From Octopus sinensis (lineage: Eukaryota), in the NCBI RefSeq assembly GCF_006345805.1, contig NC_043014.1, positions 12,524,001 to 12,588,000 on the forward strand: a stretch of 64,000 nucleotides of DNA, in the 5' to 3' direction. Shown here piece after piece: positions 52,230 through 64,000 of this stretch. The position numbers and the translations under genes were made by a program. Each line of letters opens with the position of its first letter. Position 1 is the first letter of the stretch. Under the pieces are notes generated by a model. It worked only from the letters and a program-made list of their open reading frames with translations, did not search any database and had not been told where the DNA came from.

Positions 52230-52880
52230 GTGGTATGAAGCCTGCTTCCAAACCACATGGTTCCAGGTTGAGCCCCACTTAGTGGCACCTTGGTCAAGTG
52301 TCTTCTACTACAGCCTTGGGCCGACTAATGCCTTGTGAGCAGATTTGGTAGACAGAAACTGAAAGAAGGCGGCAAGCTGGCAGAAACGTTAGCACACCGG
52401 GCAAAATGCTTAGCGGTATTTTGTCTGTCTTTACATTCTGAGTTCAATTTCAGCCGAGGTCAACTTTGCCTTTCATCCTTTCAGGGTCGATAAATTAAGT
52501 ACCTATTTCTTTACTACCCACAAGGGGCTAAACATAGAGGGGACAAACAAAGACAGACATAGGTATTAAGTCGATTACATCAACCCCAGTGCGTAAATGG
52601 TACTTAATTTATCGAACCCGAAAGGATGAAAGGTAAAGTCGACCTCGGCGGAATTTGAACTCACAACGTAATGGCAGACAAAATACCGCTAAGCATTTCG
52701 CCTGGCATGCTAACGCATCTGCCAGCTCACCGCCTTAATTTAGGGTCAATAAATTAAGTACCAGTTACGCACTGGGGGTGATGTAATCAACTTAATCCCT
52801 TTGTTTGTCTTTGTGTGTCCCCTCTGTGTTTAGCCCCTTGTGGGCAATAAAGAAATAAGAAACTGAAAGAAGACCATTGT
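52230..52880. mobile_element. Triple nested insertion: SINE-B(-) inside SINE-B(+) inside SINE-A
   Basis: Outer TSD AGAAACTGAAAGAAG (52354-52368 / 52858-52872); inner TSD AGGGTCRATAAATTAAGTACC (52483-52503 / 52742-52762). Confidence 0.88.
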
Positions 52881-53690
52881 GTATATATAGATATATAAAC
52901 TTTATTATTTCTAAATCTCTCAAGGAGAGACATACAGTATCAGTACTTTAAAGTAAAGATTATTTGCCAACATAATTTGGCAGTCCTGGTTGGGATGAAT
53001 GTTACTGTTGTTTCAGCCCCAGGAAACATCATCTCCAGCTGGCTATGACGCACATCTGTGTCCTTATGTATAAATATCATACTCCTTTAATGTCCATTTT
53101 CCATGCTGGTATGGGTTGGACAGTTTGACCAGAGCTGGTAAGCTTCACCGGGTTCCAGTCTAATTTGACTTGGTTTCCTACAGGTCGATGCCCTTCCTAA
53201 CACCAACCACTTTACAGTGTGTGCTGGGTGCTTTTAACGTGCCACCAGCATGAGCACTTTCATGTGACACTGGCACATGTGACTCGTGTGTGCACCTGCA
53301 GGAGTGCCTTTTATGTGGCACTGACACAGGACTCTTTCAGGCCAATCCTCTTCACCAGGAGATGCAGCCTTAACACTTTTACTATGGAGGACGGATCTTC
53401 TTGCATATTATTTATATATATATATACATGAGTCATCTAAGAGACGATAAGTCAGGGAACAGATATACCTATTATATATATATATTTAATATAGGATAAT
53501 CAATGGCCAGCATATTAAAAAATACCTTTAAAGGTTAAATTTATAAACAACTCATAAATAAGGGCAAACGAAAAAATTTCTAATGCCAAATATGCCGAAA
53601 TTGAACACATTGTCCATAACCATATAATGTTTCACAATACGCATGCTACTCAAAAAAAAAAGTCAACTGAAATTTCTAAAAAAATTCCAT

Positions 53691-53753
53691 TATTACCATA
53701 TCGGACCGATTTCAGGGTTAGTTCAGAAGAACCCTCCCTTCATCAGTAATAAA
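53691..53753 (-). ncRNA. Minimal type I hammerhead-ribozyme-like motif (Penelope-associated type)
   Basis: Minus strand: UUAUUA-CUGAUGA-AGGG..CCCU-GAAA-UCGGUCCGA-UA-UGGUAA. Palindromic stem III, 6-bp stem I with two G.U pairs. Confidence 0.45.
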
Positions 53754-53865
53754 TGTGGCAAAGAAATAAATGAGATACTTACTCATACCCATTGATCTTC
53801 AAGAATTGATTTTAATATTTTTGTATCTTAATACCAATATTGTTATTGTTGTTTTTATTATGCAG

Positions 53866-53983
53866 AAGAATGTAAACATTCCCAATGTACACAGCGGGGG
53901 TTTGCCACCCTGGATGCAAGTGTCTGACAACTCAACAGAACATCAAGTAATCGGCCCTAGTATAGTAGACTATCAGAAACACT
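53866..53983 (+). CDS. CENATAC: CENATAC coding exon 7 (KNVNIPNVHSGGLPPWMQVSDNSTEHQVIGPSIVDYQKH)
   Basis: NVHSGGLPPWM...IGPS matches human NIHSGATPPWM...IGPS. NAGNAG acceptor, GTAAGT donor. Confidence 0.93.
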
Positions 53984-55957
53984 GTAAGTATTTTACAGAT
54001 TTAAAAGGAATTCTTTTATTGTTTTACTTGTTTCAGTAATTTGACTGTGGTCATGCTGGAGCACTGCCTTGAAGAATTTTAGTGAAATGGATCAAACCCA
54101 GTACTTTTTTTTTTTAAGCCTGTTACTTATTCTGTTCGTCTCTTTGGCCAAATTGTTAAGTTATGGGGATGTTAACACACCATCACCAGTTGTCAAGATG
54201 TGGTGAGGGACACACAGACACACCAACACACACACACGCATGCACCCATGCGTGCACACACGCAATGGGCTTCTTTCAGTTCCCTCCAACCAAATCCATT
54301 CGCAAGGTTTTAGTCAGCCTGAAAACGCGCCCCAGGAACCACACAGTGAGACTGAACCCAGGAACCATGTGGTTGGCAAGCAAACTTCTTACCACACAGC
54401 CACACTAGTTAATTTAATTTTTTTTTTTTTTTATTATGCAATTATACTGGCCAAAAATTATTCATAACTCTTCTTCAATATGTGAAAATCTTTGTCAACT
54501 GATCAGGCAGGCCTGAGTAAACTGGACTGCAGCAACATGAAATGAAGTGTTTTGTTCAAGAACACAATGCATTGCCCAGTCCAGGAATTGAAACCACAAT
54601 CTTACAATCATGAGTCCAACACCCTAAACACTAAACCACATGCCTCCATGTAATGACGATGATATACACACAACAAGCTTCTTTCAGTTTCTGTCTACCA
54701 AATCCATTTGCAAAGCTTTTGTTAATCCAGGACTATAGTAAAATAGTAAAAGACACTAGTAAATTTCAGTGAATACAGTAAAGACATGTGACCTAGAGAT
54801 GAGAGCATTGCACTCATGATTGCAAGATTGAGGTTTCAATTCTTGAACTGGGTAGTGTGTTGTGTCCTTGAGCAAAGCACTTCATTTCACACAGCTCCAG
54901 TGTCACACAGTAGGATTGAACATGAGACCACATGGTTGGGAAGCAAACTTCTTAACCATACAGCTACATCTGTGCCTATACAAAAGTATTCGTTTTTTCA
55001 CACTGGTCACCACATTCCAAGCTGTTTGTATCACCGCCTTTTCGGTGAAGCTTGGAGTTCTTCAAGCACTTCCATATGAGCTGCCTCCAGTGCATCCTGA
55101 GAATTGCCTGGTGTGGTGGTCATGGGCCTCACATTGCCAACTTCAAAAGACCAACTGCAAAATTACTGAGGCCATGATCACCCAGCATCACCTAAATCAT
55201 CATCCTCATCCTTTAACGTCCATTTTCCATGCTAGCATGGGTTGGACAATTTGACCAGAGCTGGCAAGCCAGAGAACTGCACCATGTTCCAGTCTGATTT
55301 TGCTTGGTTTCTGTGGCACCAGCACAAGTGCTTTTTACATGGAATTGGCACAAGAATCTTGCAGGTCAATCCTCTTCACCTGTGAAGGAAAGGTCTTCTT
55401 GTGTATAACCCTAACCCTAACCCTATATTGTGTATAGCAAGATGCTAGGTATCCTGGTCCTTTATCATCTCATCCAAAAGGTTCAGCTTCCTGAGGTCAT
55501 CCTTCAGTACTTTGTCCCATGTTTCCTGGGTCTCCATCTTCCATGAGTTCCATCCAAGAAGAAAGCAGAAAATAGCCAAAAAATTCACTCATCTTTGCTA
55601 ACACCACAACCACATATACATTCACCACTGGCATTTAGGGTCCAGGAGAGGACTGTTTGGCTATAAAAGATCTCGTTGTTAAGAGAGTGGACATTGTCGT
55701 GAGTTTTCAATGAATAACCAAATAAAGAAAGTGTAACTGTAAAGACAAATGCTTTAGCTCTTTATCTTTGTTTTACATATTTTGGTCATTGAACTGTGGC
55801 CAAGCTGAAGCACCATCTTGAAGGATCTTAGTCAAACAATCGACACCAATATATTTTTTAAAGTCTGTTACTTATTCTGTGTGTGTGTGTGTGTCCACAT
55901 AGATAGAAAGACATCTGATGAATTAAATAAAGCTATATTTTTATTTCACAAAGGTGG

Positions 55958-56119
55958 TGGAGTGGCTGTGTGGTAAGTAGCTTGCTTACCAGCCACATGG
56001 TACTGGGTTCAGTCTCACTGCATGGCACCTTGGACAAGTGTCTTCTACCATAGCCTCGGGCTGACTAAAGCCTTGTGAGTGGATTTGGTAGACGGAAACT
56101 GAAAGAAGCCCATCGTATG

Positions 56120-56166
<47 letters not shown>

Positions 56167-56375
56167 GTGTTTGTGTGTCTGTGTTTGTCCCCCCAATATC
56201 GCTTGACAACTGATGCTGGTGTGTTTACGGCCCCGTAACTTAGCGGTTCGGCAAAAGAAACTGATAGAATAAGTACTAGGCTTACAAAGAATAAATCCTG
56301 GGGGCCGATTTGCTCGACTAAAGGCGGTACTCCAGCATGGCCACAGTCAAATGACTGAAACAAGTAAAAGAGTAA
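55958..56375 (+). mobile_element. SINE-A
   Basis: Family match. Confidence 0.85.
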
Positions 56376-56670
56376 AAAAAAAAAAAAGGAATAGGTTGAT
56401 GTATGTTCAGTGAGTGTATATAATCAATACTGATAATCATTGCTTATAATCAATAATATTCACTTAGAAAGATAGTTTCATGGTTATGTACAGTCTCTGA
56501 CATACTGCAGATCAAATATACATTGTGTTGGGTATTTCTTTGAATAAAATATAAAACGGTAGTGCTAACAATATTCATTTGAAACATGTAAAACATAATG
56601 TTGAAATTAAAAGCCAAACAAAAAAAAAACCAGAATCATAATTATGATTTCCATTAATTTCAAATTTCAG

Positions 56671-56803
56671 TAACCGATGTCAGGATGTCTAAGTTGCCAA
56701 AAGAACGTGTTGGAGCCAACTTAAGCAAAGAAATATCTGTGAATGCTCAGTGGTTGCCTTCCTTTGGTTGTGTCTGGAACAACCGTCGCAGACTTGATAC
56801 AAA
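56671..56803 (+). CDS. CENATAC: CENATAC coding exon 8 (LTDVRMSKLPKERVGANLSKEISVNAQWLPSFGCVWNNRRRLDTK)
   Basis: KLPxxRVGAN and WLPSFGxVWNN are signature C-terminal CCDC84 motifs. tttcAG/GTAAGT boundaries, phases 1/2. Confidence 0.95.
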
Positions 56804-56901
56804 GTAAGTTGGTTTTTTTTTTCATTGTCTTTCTAATAATAAATAAGGAAATTATTGCGTATGGTGCTCAGGGGCACTACAACTCATCAAAGGTGCATGT
56901 T

Positions 56902-57237
56902 GAGACCCCCTTCGGTCATGACTGACCGTGGGATTGCACCTAGAAAGTTACCCTCCCAGGCGCAAGTCCGGGCAAAGTTGTTTATGGAAGACCAGCAGTT
57001 GCCCATGCATACCAGCCTCCCCTCTCCACGCCACCAGTGTTATCCAAGGGAAAGGCAAAGGGGCCGATACAGCTTAGCACCTGTGACGTCGCAACTCATT
57101 TCTACAGCTGAGTGAACTGGAGCAACGTGAAATAAAGTGTCTTGCTCAAGAACACAACACGCAGCTCGGTCCAGGATTCGAACTCACAACCTCACTATCG
57201 TAAGCTCGACAGTCTAACCACTGAGCCATGCGCCTTC
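56902..57237 (-). mobile_element. tRNA-headed SINE-D with 12-bp TSD AAAGGTGCATGT (56889-56900 / 57241-57252)
   Basis: TSD and A/B boxes seen on the minus strand. Confidence 0.85.
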
Positions 57238-58257
57238 ACTAAAGGTGCATGTACAGTACATAGAATTATGTACAAAAGTCAGGAAAGTGAACAGTGTACG
57301 AGTCATGATATACATGTGTGCATGCATATGGAGCAAGGGGACATCAGGTGTGGTGTTGGCAAATTTCAGTGAATACAGTAAAGACATGTGGCCTAGAGGT
57401 GAGAATATTGTATTCATGATTGCAAGATCGAGGTTTCAATTTTCGAACTGGGTAGTGTATTGTGTTCTTGAGCAAAGCACTTCATTTCACATAGTTCCAG
57501 TTCACTCAGCTGTAAATGAGCAACTCTGAAATGGACTATGCAGGGGGAATGCTATGATTTTGGTCACTTATGTGCCATGGTCTGTGGGTAACTTGTGCAA
57601 TGAGTCCTAGGGTTTGATACATTACCTATTTACTCTCTCTGACAAAACTGAGCTACAGACTTTACTTGGCCCTTGGGTGCCTTTACTAGAATTCCACTGT
57701 TGTAAACATCCAAGTCAAGTCTTTGGTCTGAAGATAACTTCTTCCTTTCTTATTGCTAGTATCATACGCTTTGACTAAGGAAGGACTATAACTGCACTTC
57801 CTTAGTCAAAGAATGAAGGGCAGTTATAGGTGCTGCCCTTCCTTCTGTGACTAAGCCACTGAAGGAAAGAGAATATATTGTCACAGGCATGGCTGTGTGG
57901 CTAAAGAGCTTGCTTCCCAACCATGTGGTCTCTGGTTCAGTCCCACTGCATGCCATTTTGGGCAAGTCTCTTCTTCTATAGCCCAGGGCCAAGCAAAACA
58001 TTGCGAGTGGATTTGGTAGACAGAGACTGAAAAAATCCCATCATATATGAATGTGTGTGTGTTTCTGTGTCCCCTGTCATGTCATCACTTGATAGTAATG
58101 AATAAACATCACCATTATACAAGTGATGCTGTTTGTTTCCAGTCTTCTCTGAAAGTATTTCCAGTCCTATGGAAATATCACCTCGCTTGGAAACAAGTGG
58201 GTGTTGGCAACTGGAAGGGCATCCTGCTACAGAAAAGTGAAAAGTAAATGTTAAACA

Positions 58258-58412
58258 ATGGTGATGATAACAATGATGATGATGGTGATGACAATGATCA
58301 TGATGATAATGATGATGATGACGACAATGATCATGATGGTGGTGGTGGTTGCCGTCGTGGAGATGATGATGATGATAGTGGTGGTTGTCGCTGTAGAGAT
58401 GATGATGATGAT
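58258..58412 (+). repeat. Compound (GAT/GGT/GAC)n trinucleotide microsatellite
   Basis: Seen directly; it explains the poly-H/poly-M ORFs. Confidence 0.9.
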
Positions 58413-58811
58413 TGAGGTTCAATGGCAGAAAACAAAACTTAACATTGGATTACTGAACCCTCATTTCAGTGATTTTTTTCCCCCCATTTAATCCCTCTGA
58501 TACCAACCCACCCACAATCACCCTTAATTTTATGGTGCAAACTTCTTGTTTTAAAGTAACCTAAATTTAAAAAAAAAAAACCTTGTGTCAAAATTTAGTG
58601 GTAATTCAGGCTCCAAATACCAACTTAATAATCCTTTCTATAATAGGCACAAGGCCTGCAATTTCGGGGGAGGAAACTAGTTGATTACATCAACCTGAGT
58701 GTTTCACTGGTACTTATTTTATTGACCCTGAAAGGGTGAAAGGCAAAGTCAACCTCAGTGGAATTTGAATTCAGAGCGTACAAACGGACAAAATGCTACT
58801 AAGCATTTTGG

Positions 58812-59225
58812 GCACAGGAGTGGCTGTGTGGTAAGTAGCTTGCTTACCGACCACGTGGTTCCGGGTTCAGTCCCACTGCATGGCACCTTGGGCAAGTGTC
58901 TTCTGCTATAGCTTCAGGCCGACCAAAGCCTTGTGAGTGGATTTGGTAGACAGAAACTGAAAGAAGCCCATCGTATATATGTATATATATATGTATGTGT
59001 GTGTAAATCTTTGTGTGTCTGTGTTTATTCCCCCCCCCCAACATAGCTTGACAACTGATGCTGGTGTGTTTACGTCCCCGTAACTTAGTGGTTCGGCAAA
59101 AGAAACCGATAGAAAAAGTACTAGGCTTACAAAGAATAAGCCCTGGGGTCGATTTGCTCGACTAAAGGCGGTGCTCCAGCATGGCCACAGTCAAATGACT
59201 GAAACAAGTTAAAGAGTGAAAAAGT
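58812..59225 (+). mobile_element. SINE-A inserted into a minus-strand SINE-B (TAAGCATTT duplicated at both sides)
   Basis: SINE-B sequence resumes after the insertion. Confidence 0.8.
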
Positions 59226-59819
59226 AAGCATTTATCCCAGTGTGCTAATGCTTCTGCCAGCTCACCACCTTAAACATCAGATTAATAATAACAGTTATTT
59301 TATTAAGTACTTCAATTAGTTTGATCATTAGATGTCTTATTACTGAATGTGTACCAAGTGATAGAATTTGAACCAGGAACCGTTATATCTAAACTAAGAG
59401 CAATAACGTTCATCATCATCATCATCATAATCATTATCGTTTAGCGTCTACACTTTCATGCTCACATGGGCCAGATAGTAATTTGCTGAAGCAGATTTTA
59501 TGGCCAGATGCTCTCCCTGTTGCCAACCCTCACTTGTTTCCAACAAAGGTAATATTTCTTCATGATCAGACATGTTTCCATGGACAACTGGAAAGGATAG
59601 TAACACTCACAACTGTCACACAATGTCAAATAAAGGAGACAGTAAGATACACAAATACATGCACACACACACACTTAGATTTTCGCTATAAGCTTCTGTT
59701 AGTTTCTGTCTACTAAATCCACTCACAAGGCTTTGATTACCTGAGAAATATAATAGAAGATGTATGAATGACCATGCACAGGAGAGGTGACAAATGAATG
59801 ACTCCTTTAATACACTGCA

Positions 59820-60415
59820 CATCATCACCATCATCATCATCATCATCATCGTTTAACGTCCGCTTTCCATGCTGGCATGGGTTGAACGGTTCAACTGGGG
59901 TCTGGGAAGCCAGAAGGCTGCACCAGGCCCAGTCTGATCTAGCAGTGTTTCTACGGCTGGATGCCCTTCCTAACGCCAACCACTCCGTGAGTGTAGTGGG
60001 TGCTTTTTACGTGCCACTGGCACAGGTGCTAGACGAGGCTGGCAAACGGCCATGATCGGATGGTGCTTTTTACGTGCCACCAGCACGGAGGCCAGTCGGG
60101 GCGGCGCGGCAATGGCCACGTTCAGATGGTTCTCTTACATGCCACCGGCACTGGTATCACAGCTACAATTTCCATTGATGTTAATTGATTTCGATTTTGA
60201 TTTTCACTTGCCTCAACAGGTCTTCACAAGTAGAGTTTTGTGTCCCAAGAAGGAAAGGTATGCATAAGTGGACTGGCTACATCCCAGGTAGAGGCCACGG
60301 GTTATGGTCTCACTTGTCCTGCCGGGTCTTCTCACACATAGCATACTTCCAAAGGTCGCAGTCTCTAGTCATTTCCTCGGTGAGACCTAAAGTTCGAAGG
60401 TCGTGCTTCACCACC
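59820..60415 (-). mobile_element. ~600-bp 5'-truncated RTE LINE including the end of the ORF
   Basis: Minus strand matches 44270-44852 (EVVKH.LRTLGLT.EMTRD...WKYA). Confidence 0.88.
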
Positions 60416-60692
60416 TGCACAGTCGCTTACAATAAATGCACAAATGATAAATGAGTCTGAGTGCCAGAAGGAAAAGAAATACAAAACCAATAGAAGGTTT
60501 AAGAGAAGATTTCATTTAGGTATTGACATGTGTGTGTCTGTGTATGCGTCATATGTACATAATAATAATAACAATAGACAGGCCGTCATGTATACATAAT
60601 GTGTATGTGTGTGAGATAAAATACAGAGCATTGAAAGAGTCTATAACAGGACATTAGAAGAATGTTCTCGCACAATGAAGATAAATACCAGT

Positions 60693-61281
60693 TTGTAGTA
60701 AGGTACACAATAGTTGAACTGTAACAAGAAGTTGTGGTGTAGAAGCAGAGCCGGTTGAAATACGTGCTGTGTAAGAAGTTGTGGCTACTATGCCGCTGCC
60801 GGTCACGTGATACAGGAAGATCTCACAGGTTGTACTTGCTGTTAACCATGGTGAAGTAATTCACAAACAGTGTGGAGATAGAACCTGGGTGTGCATAGAG
60901 AGATGTTGTTGGCGACAGAGATGGAGGTCCTGGTACTGCTGGACAAAGTATTGATGTTTCTCCATGTGGGCTACTGGTGTTATCTGTCGCTGGAACTGGC
61001 TGTGTGGTCAGTGGTTAGACCTTAGAAGGTCTAGAGCCAAAGACCTCGACTCGATGAATCACTGAAGTTTTATAGCAAGCTATTGGCTCAAACGGAGATT
61101 TAGAAGAGACTGTCTCACGTGACCTTATCAGAAGGCTGCGATTGGTTTGGTTGCACATTGGCGCGTAATAGAGCACGAGACAAACTGCGCCAATACCAAC
61201 TAATCAGAGTAGTGGACACAACAGGGTCCAAGCGGCCGAAGGCTAGCTGTTATCTGCTACGTCCGTACTTATGTAATATAA
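60693..61281. mobile_element. Possible solo LTR
   Basis: CpG-richer block bounded by TG...CA with CCAAT/TATA-like motifs; no TSD recognised. Confidence 0.3.
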
Positions 61282-61458
61282 CAGAGAGATAGAGAGAATT
61301 TCTCTAAGCGTCCGCTACAAAGACATTCACCCAAGGTTCCACACAGCGGAACTAAACCCCAAACTATGTGATTGAGAAGCAGAATGTACCTATGCTTGTA
61401 TGTACCTATGCTTTATCTACAAATGACATAATGATATTTTTTTATTTTTTTGCTTCAG

Positions 61459-61636
61459 GCATCAATTCTTGAAAAAGAAGGCAAATATGTTTGGTAAAAG
61501 ACCAATGAAAACAGGAAAGTCAGCAACAGCAGTAGCATCAACAGGAGCACCACAATCCAGAGTGTCTGGCAAAAAAGATGTCCATCCAGCCGTAGTTTCT
61601 GTGAAACCTTATAAGAAAAAGAGATGTGTAACTTAG
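61459..61636 (+). CDS. CENATAC: CENATAC terminal coding exon (KHQFLKKKANMFG...VKPYKKKRCVT*)
   Basis: tgcttcAG acceptor. HQF continues the human SRHQF motif. TAG at 61634-61636. AATAAA at 61768 and ~61829. Confidence 0.88.
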
Positions 61637-61920
61637 TTGAATGGTCAGGCTTAGCACATTTGCATTTAAACTGGCCATACATATCCAGTCCAAATATATA
61701 TTACTCGTTTTACATTCAAACTGGCTAAATCTGGAATCTCTCACCTACCCTACAGTGGAGTCCTCAAAATAAACATCATTGAGATCTCAAAGCTACAAGA
61801 TAATGCTTGATTAATTCAAAACAATTTGAATAAATAAGCCTTATACTTGGCAAAATAATCTGAATGTAAAAGGGTTAAATTAATATTCAAAGGCAAGATT
61901 AATGACTATGCCATATGCAA

Positions 61921-62194
61921 GTGGGCATATGGCGTAGTGGTTAAGAGCGTGGGCTACTAACCCCAAGACTCTGAGTTCGATTCCAAGCAGTGACCTGAAC
62001 ACTAACAATAATAATAATAATATCGAAAAATGCCTTAGGAATGAGAACCCAGGTTCAAAATTTCCCCAAGTCACCTGATGAAGGCTGGAGGGTATATCAG
62101 CCAAAATGTTGTGTTAACAACAGACAAGATGAGGACAAATATCTGTCGATTTTAGATAATGTACATAATTCTTCATCTCTTAAATATAGAACTG
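61921..62194 (+). mobile_element. tRNA-headed short element containing a degenerate hammerhead-like core
   Basis: A-box TGGCGTAGTGG (61930-61940), B-box GTTCGATTCC (61975-61984), (AAT)n linker, CAC-CTGATGA-A-GGCTG..CAGCC-AAAATGTT-GTG (62072-62113). Confidence 0.6.
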
Positions 62195-62394
62195 CAAGAT
62201 TACCCAGTTGTTGTTTAACCTCCCCAACACAGCCCTGTTTGGGGAGACATATAAGGAAAAATGTTCTGTGATCAGTGACCATCCAGACTTTTTATATATC
62301 CAAGACTACATGAAAAAAATACGTGATAGAATAAAATAGCTATCTGTGTATCATTCTTGATGTAGATACATCACAAAAAAAGGCAAATTTACTG

Positions 62395-62605
62395 TGATGC
62401 TCATCCATCATCATCATCATCATCATCATCGTTTAACGTCCGTTTTCCATGCTAGCATGGGTTGGACAGTTCAACTAGGGTCTGGGAAGCCAGAAGGCTG
62501 CGCCAGGCCCAGTCTGATCTGGCAGTGTTTCTACAGCTGGATGCCCTCCCTAACACCAACCACTCCGAGAGTGTAGTGGGTGCTTTTTATGTGCCACCTG
62601 CACAG
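62395..62605 (-). mobile_element. Truncated RTE LINE 3' end
   Basis: Family match with (CAT)n tail. Confidence 0.85.
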
Positions 62606-64000
62606 AGATAATATTATCCAGAGATAATAGCCCTCATGGGCGTACTGTGTTTAAAACACAAACATATCAGTAGCATGAACATTATCCAGCTATGATGAGA
62701 ATGTTAGATGCACATTTCTGCTTCATTGGGCTTTGTTAGTAGCATGTACACACTGAGAATCACATGCTAAGACATAGGAAGAAAGATGATTGAAAAATCA
62801 CTGGTATTGCAATTAGCTACCCAGCTGAATGTGAAAGCACATGGCCCGGTGGTTAGGATGTTGCATTCACAATTGCTAGGTTTTGGGTTTGATTTCCAAA
62901 CTGGGCAACACAACATATTCTTGAGCAAAACACTTCATTTCACATTGCTCTGTCGTTGGGAGAGTGCCAGAATTGTCAACGCATCAGTAGGAATACTTTA
63001 CGATATATCTTATGGCTTTATACATTCTGTGTTCAAATCCCAGTATCCATCCCAAATCTAGTCATATTAGCCAAAGTTTTTGTAATCATCTTAATGGTAA
63101 CAGAGGAGGGTATGGGACCTCCCAGGTCATATAGAGAGTGTTGGAGAAGGTTCACATGCACAGGACCTGCAGATGAGCACTAGATTAAACCCAGTAGGAT
63201 AAAAATCAGTTATGTGCTACAGAAGCAGTACTAGATTAAAATAGCAATCTGTGCATCATACTTAATGCAAATACACCACCAAAAGGACAAATTTACTACA
63301 ATATTTATCTGGAAATTTATCTCTTGTGGACATATCGAGTTAAATAACAAAAAGTATACCAGTAGCCAACAAAAATCACACACCAGTGGCAGTGAGAATG
63401 CTAAGTGTGCGTTTTTTCTTTGTTGAGCTTTGTCAGTAGTATGTACTCACTATCAGCTGCATACTAATACAAAATCCAGAAGGTTATAAACTACTGAAGG
63501 TATCACATTAATATTCAAATTCTCAAACTCTAATTCCTTGTTTATTTCTTTTTATCACATTTTCCTAAAGAGCTGTATCATTTGTAGTAGATTTCCATTG
63601 GGCCAATCCCTGGGTCATTGCATTTCTGGTGGTTACAGCAACAAGGGAGTGAGTGTCTGTACAATTTATCCTTCTATCATACTTCCACATTCTTCAAGAG
63701 GTCTTGTCTTGCAAATACTTGATGGCCTCGCTAGTGCTGGTGCCATGAGAAAAAAAAGCACCAAATACACTCTATAGAGTGGTTGGTGTTAAGAAGGGCA
63801 TTCAACTCTTGAAACCATACCAAAACAGACACTGAAGCTTGGTGCAACCTTCCAGCTTTTTGATTCCTGCCAAGCCAAGATTCCTTGCAGTCCATGCTAA
63901 CATGGAAGAAGTGGTGTTAAATGATGATGATGATGATGTGTTGGGGTGTTGTATATATTGAATTTATTTTGCAAGAATTTTGATCTGAAACCATGTGTTG

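Noticed and set aside
55406-55423. (TAACCC)3 telomere-like repeat
   Set aside because: Only three units; too short to claim an interstitial telomere.
57976-58491. His-rich and Met-rich ORFs
   Set aside because: Products of the trinucleotide microsatellite.
61921-61990. Functional tRNA gene (also SINE heads at 6293, 7240, 57237)
   Set aside because: A/B boxes are present but the acceptor stem is incomplete and each continues into a SINE body.

Overview
AT-rich, repeat-dense eukaryotic DNA. The SINE, LINE, Helitron and microsatellite content looks like a cephalopod (Octopus-type) genome; this is an inference. Two intron-rich genes sit head-to-head, and the ORF track largely misses them because the exons are short. 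(1) Minus strand: the first 8 coding exons (15936 down to 2433, 231 codons, one continuous open frame) of a CENP-E/kinesin-7 motor gene that runs off the left edge. (2) Plus strand: an essentially complete CENATAC/CCDC84 gene (minor-spliceosome factor; ATG 19926, stop 61636, 9 coding exons). CENATAC exons 2 and 3 carry small indels that look like long-read assembly errors. Between the genes is a candidate bidirectional promoter (~19065-19300) with two CCAAT boxes 31 bp apart and a CHR-like TTTGAA. The introns are filled with mobile DNA: a full-length but disabled RTE-clade LINE (40690-44852) and many 5'-truncated copies, several tRNA-headed SINE families (often nested, with clear TSDs), Helitron helicase relics and non-autonomous Helitrons, relics of hAT, mariner and Penelope elements, TTAA-type MITEs, fold-back palindromes and a ~390-bp GAA/GGA purine tract. 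The best second-look items are the CENPE-CENATAC divergent pair and its promoter, a tRNA-headed element carrying a hammerhead-ribozyme-like motif, a second hammerhead-like core, a G.U-rich pre-miRNA-like intronic hairpin, and a candidate poison exon in CENATAC. Gene calls rest on translation by eye and recalled family motifs; no database searches were run. SINE family letters A/B/D/E are my own labels.
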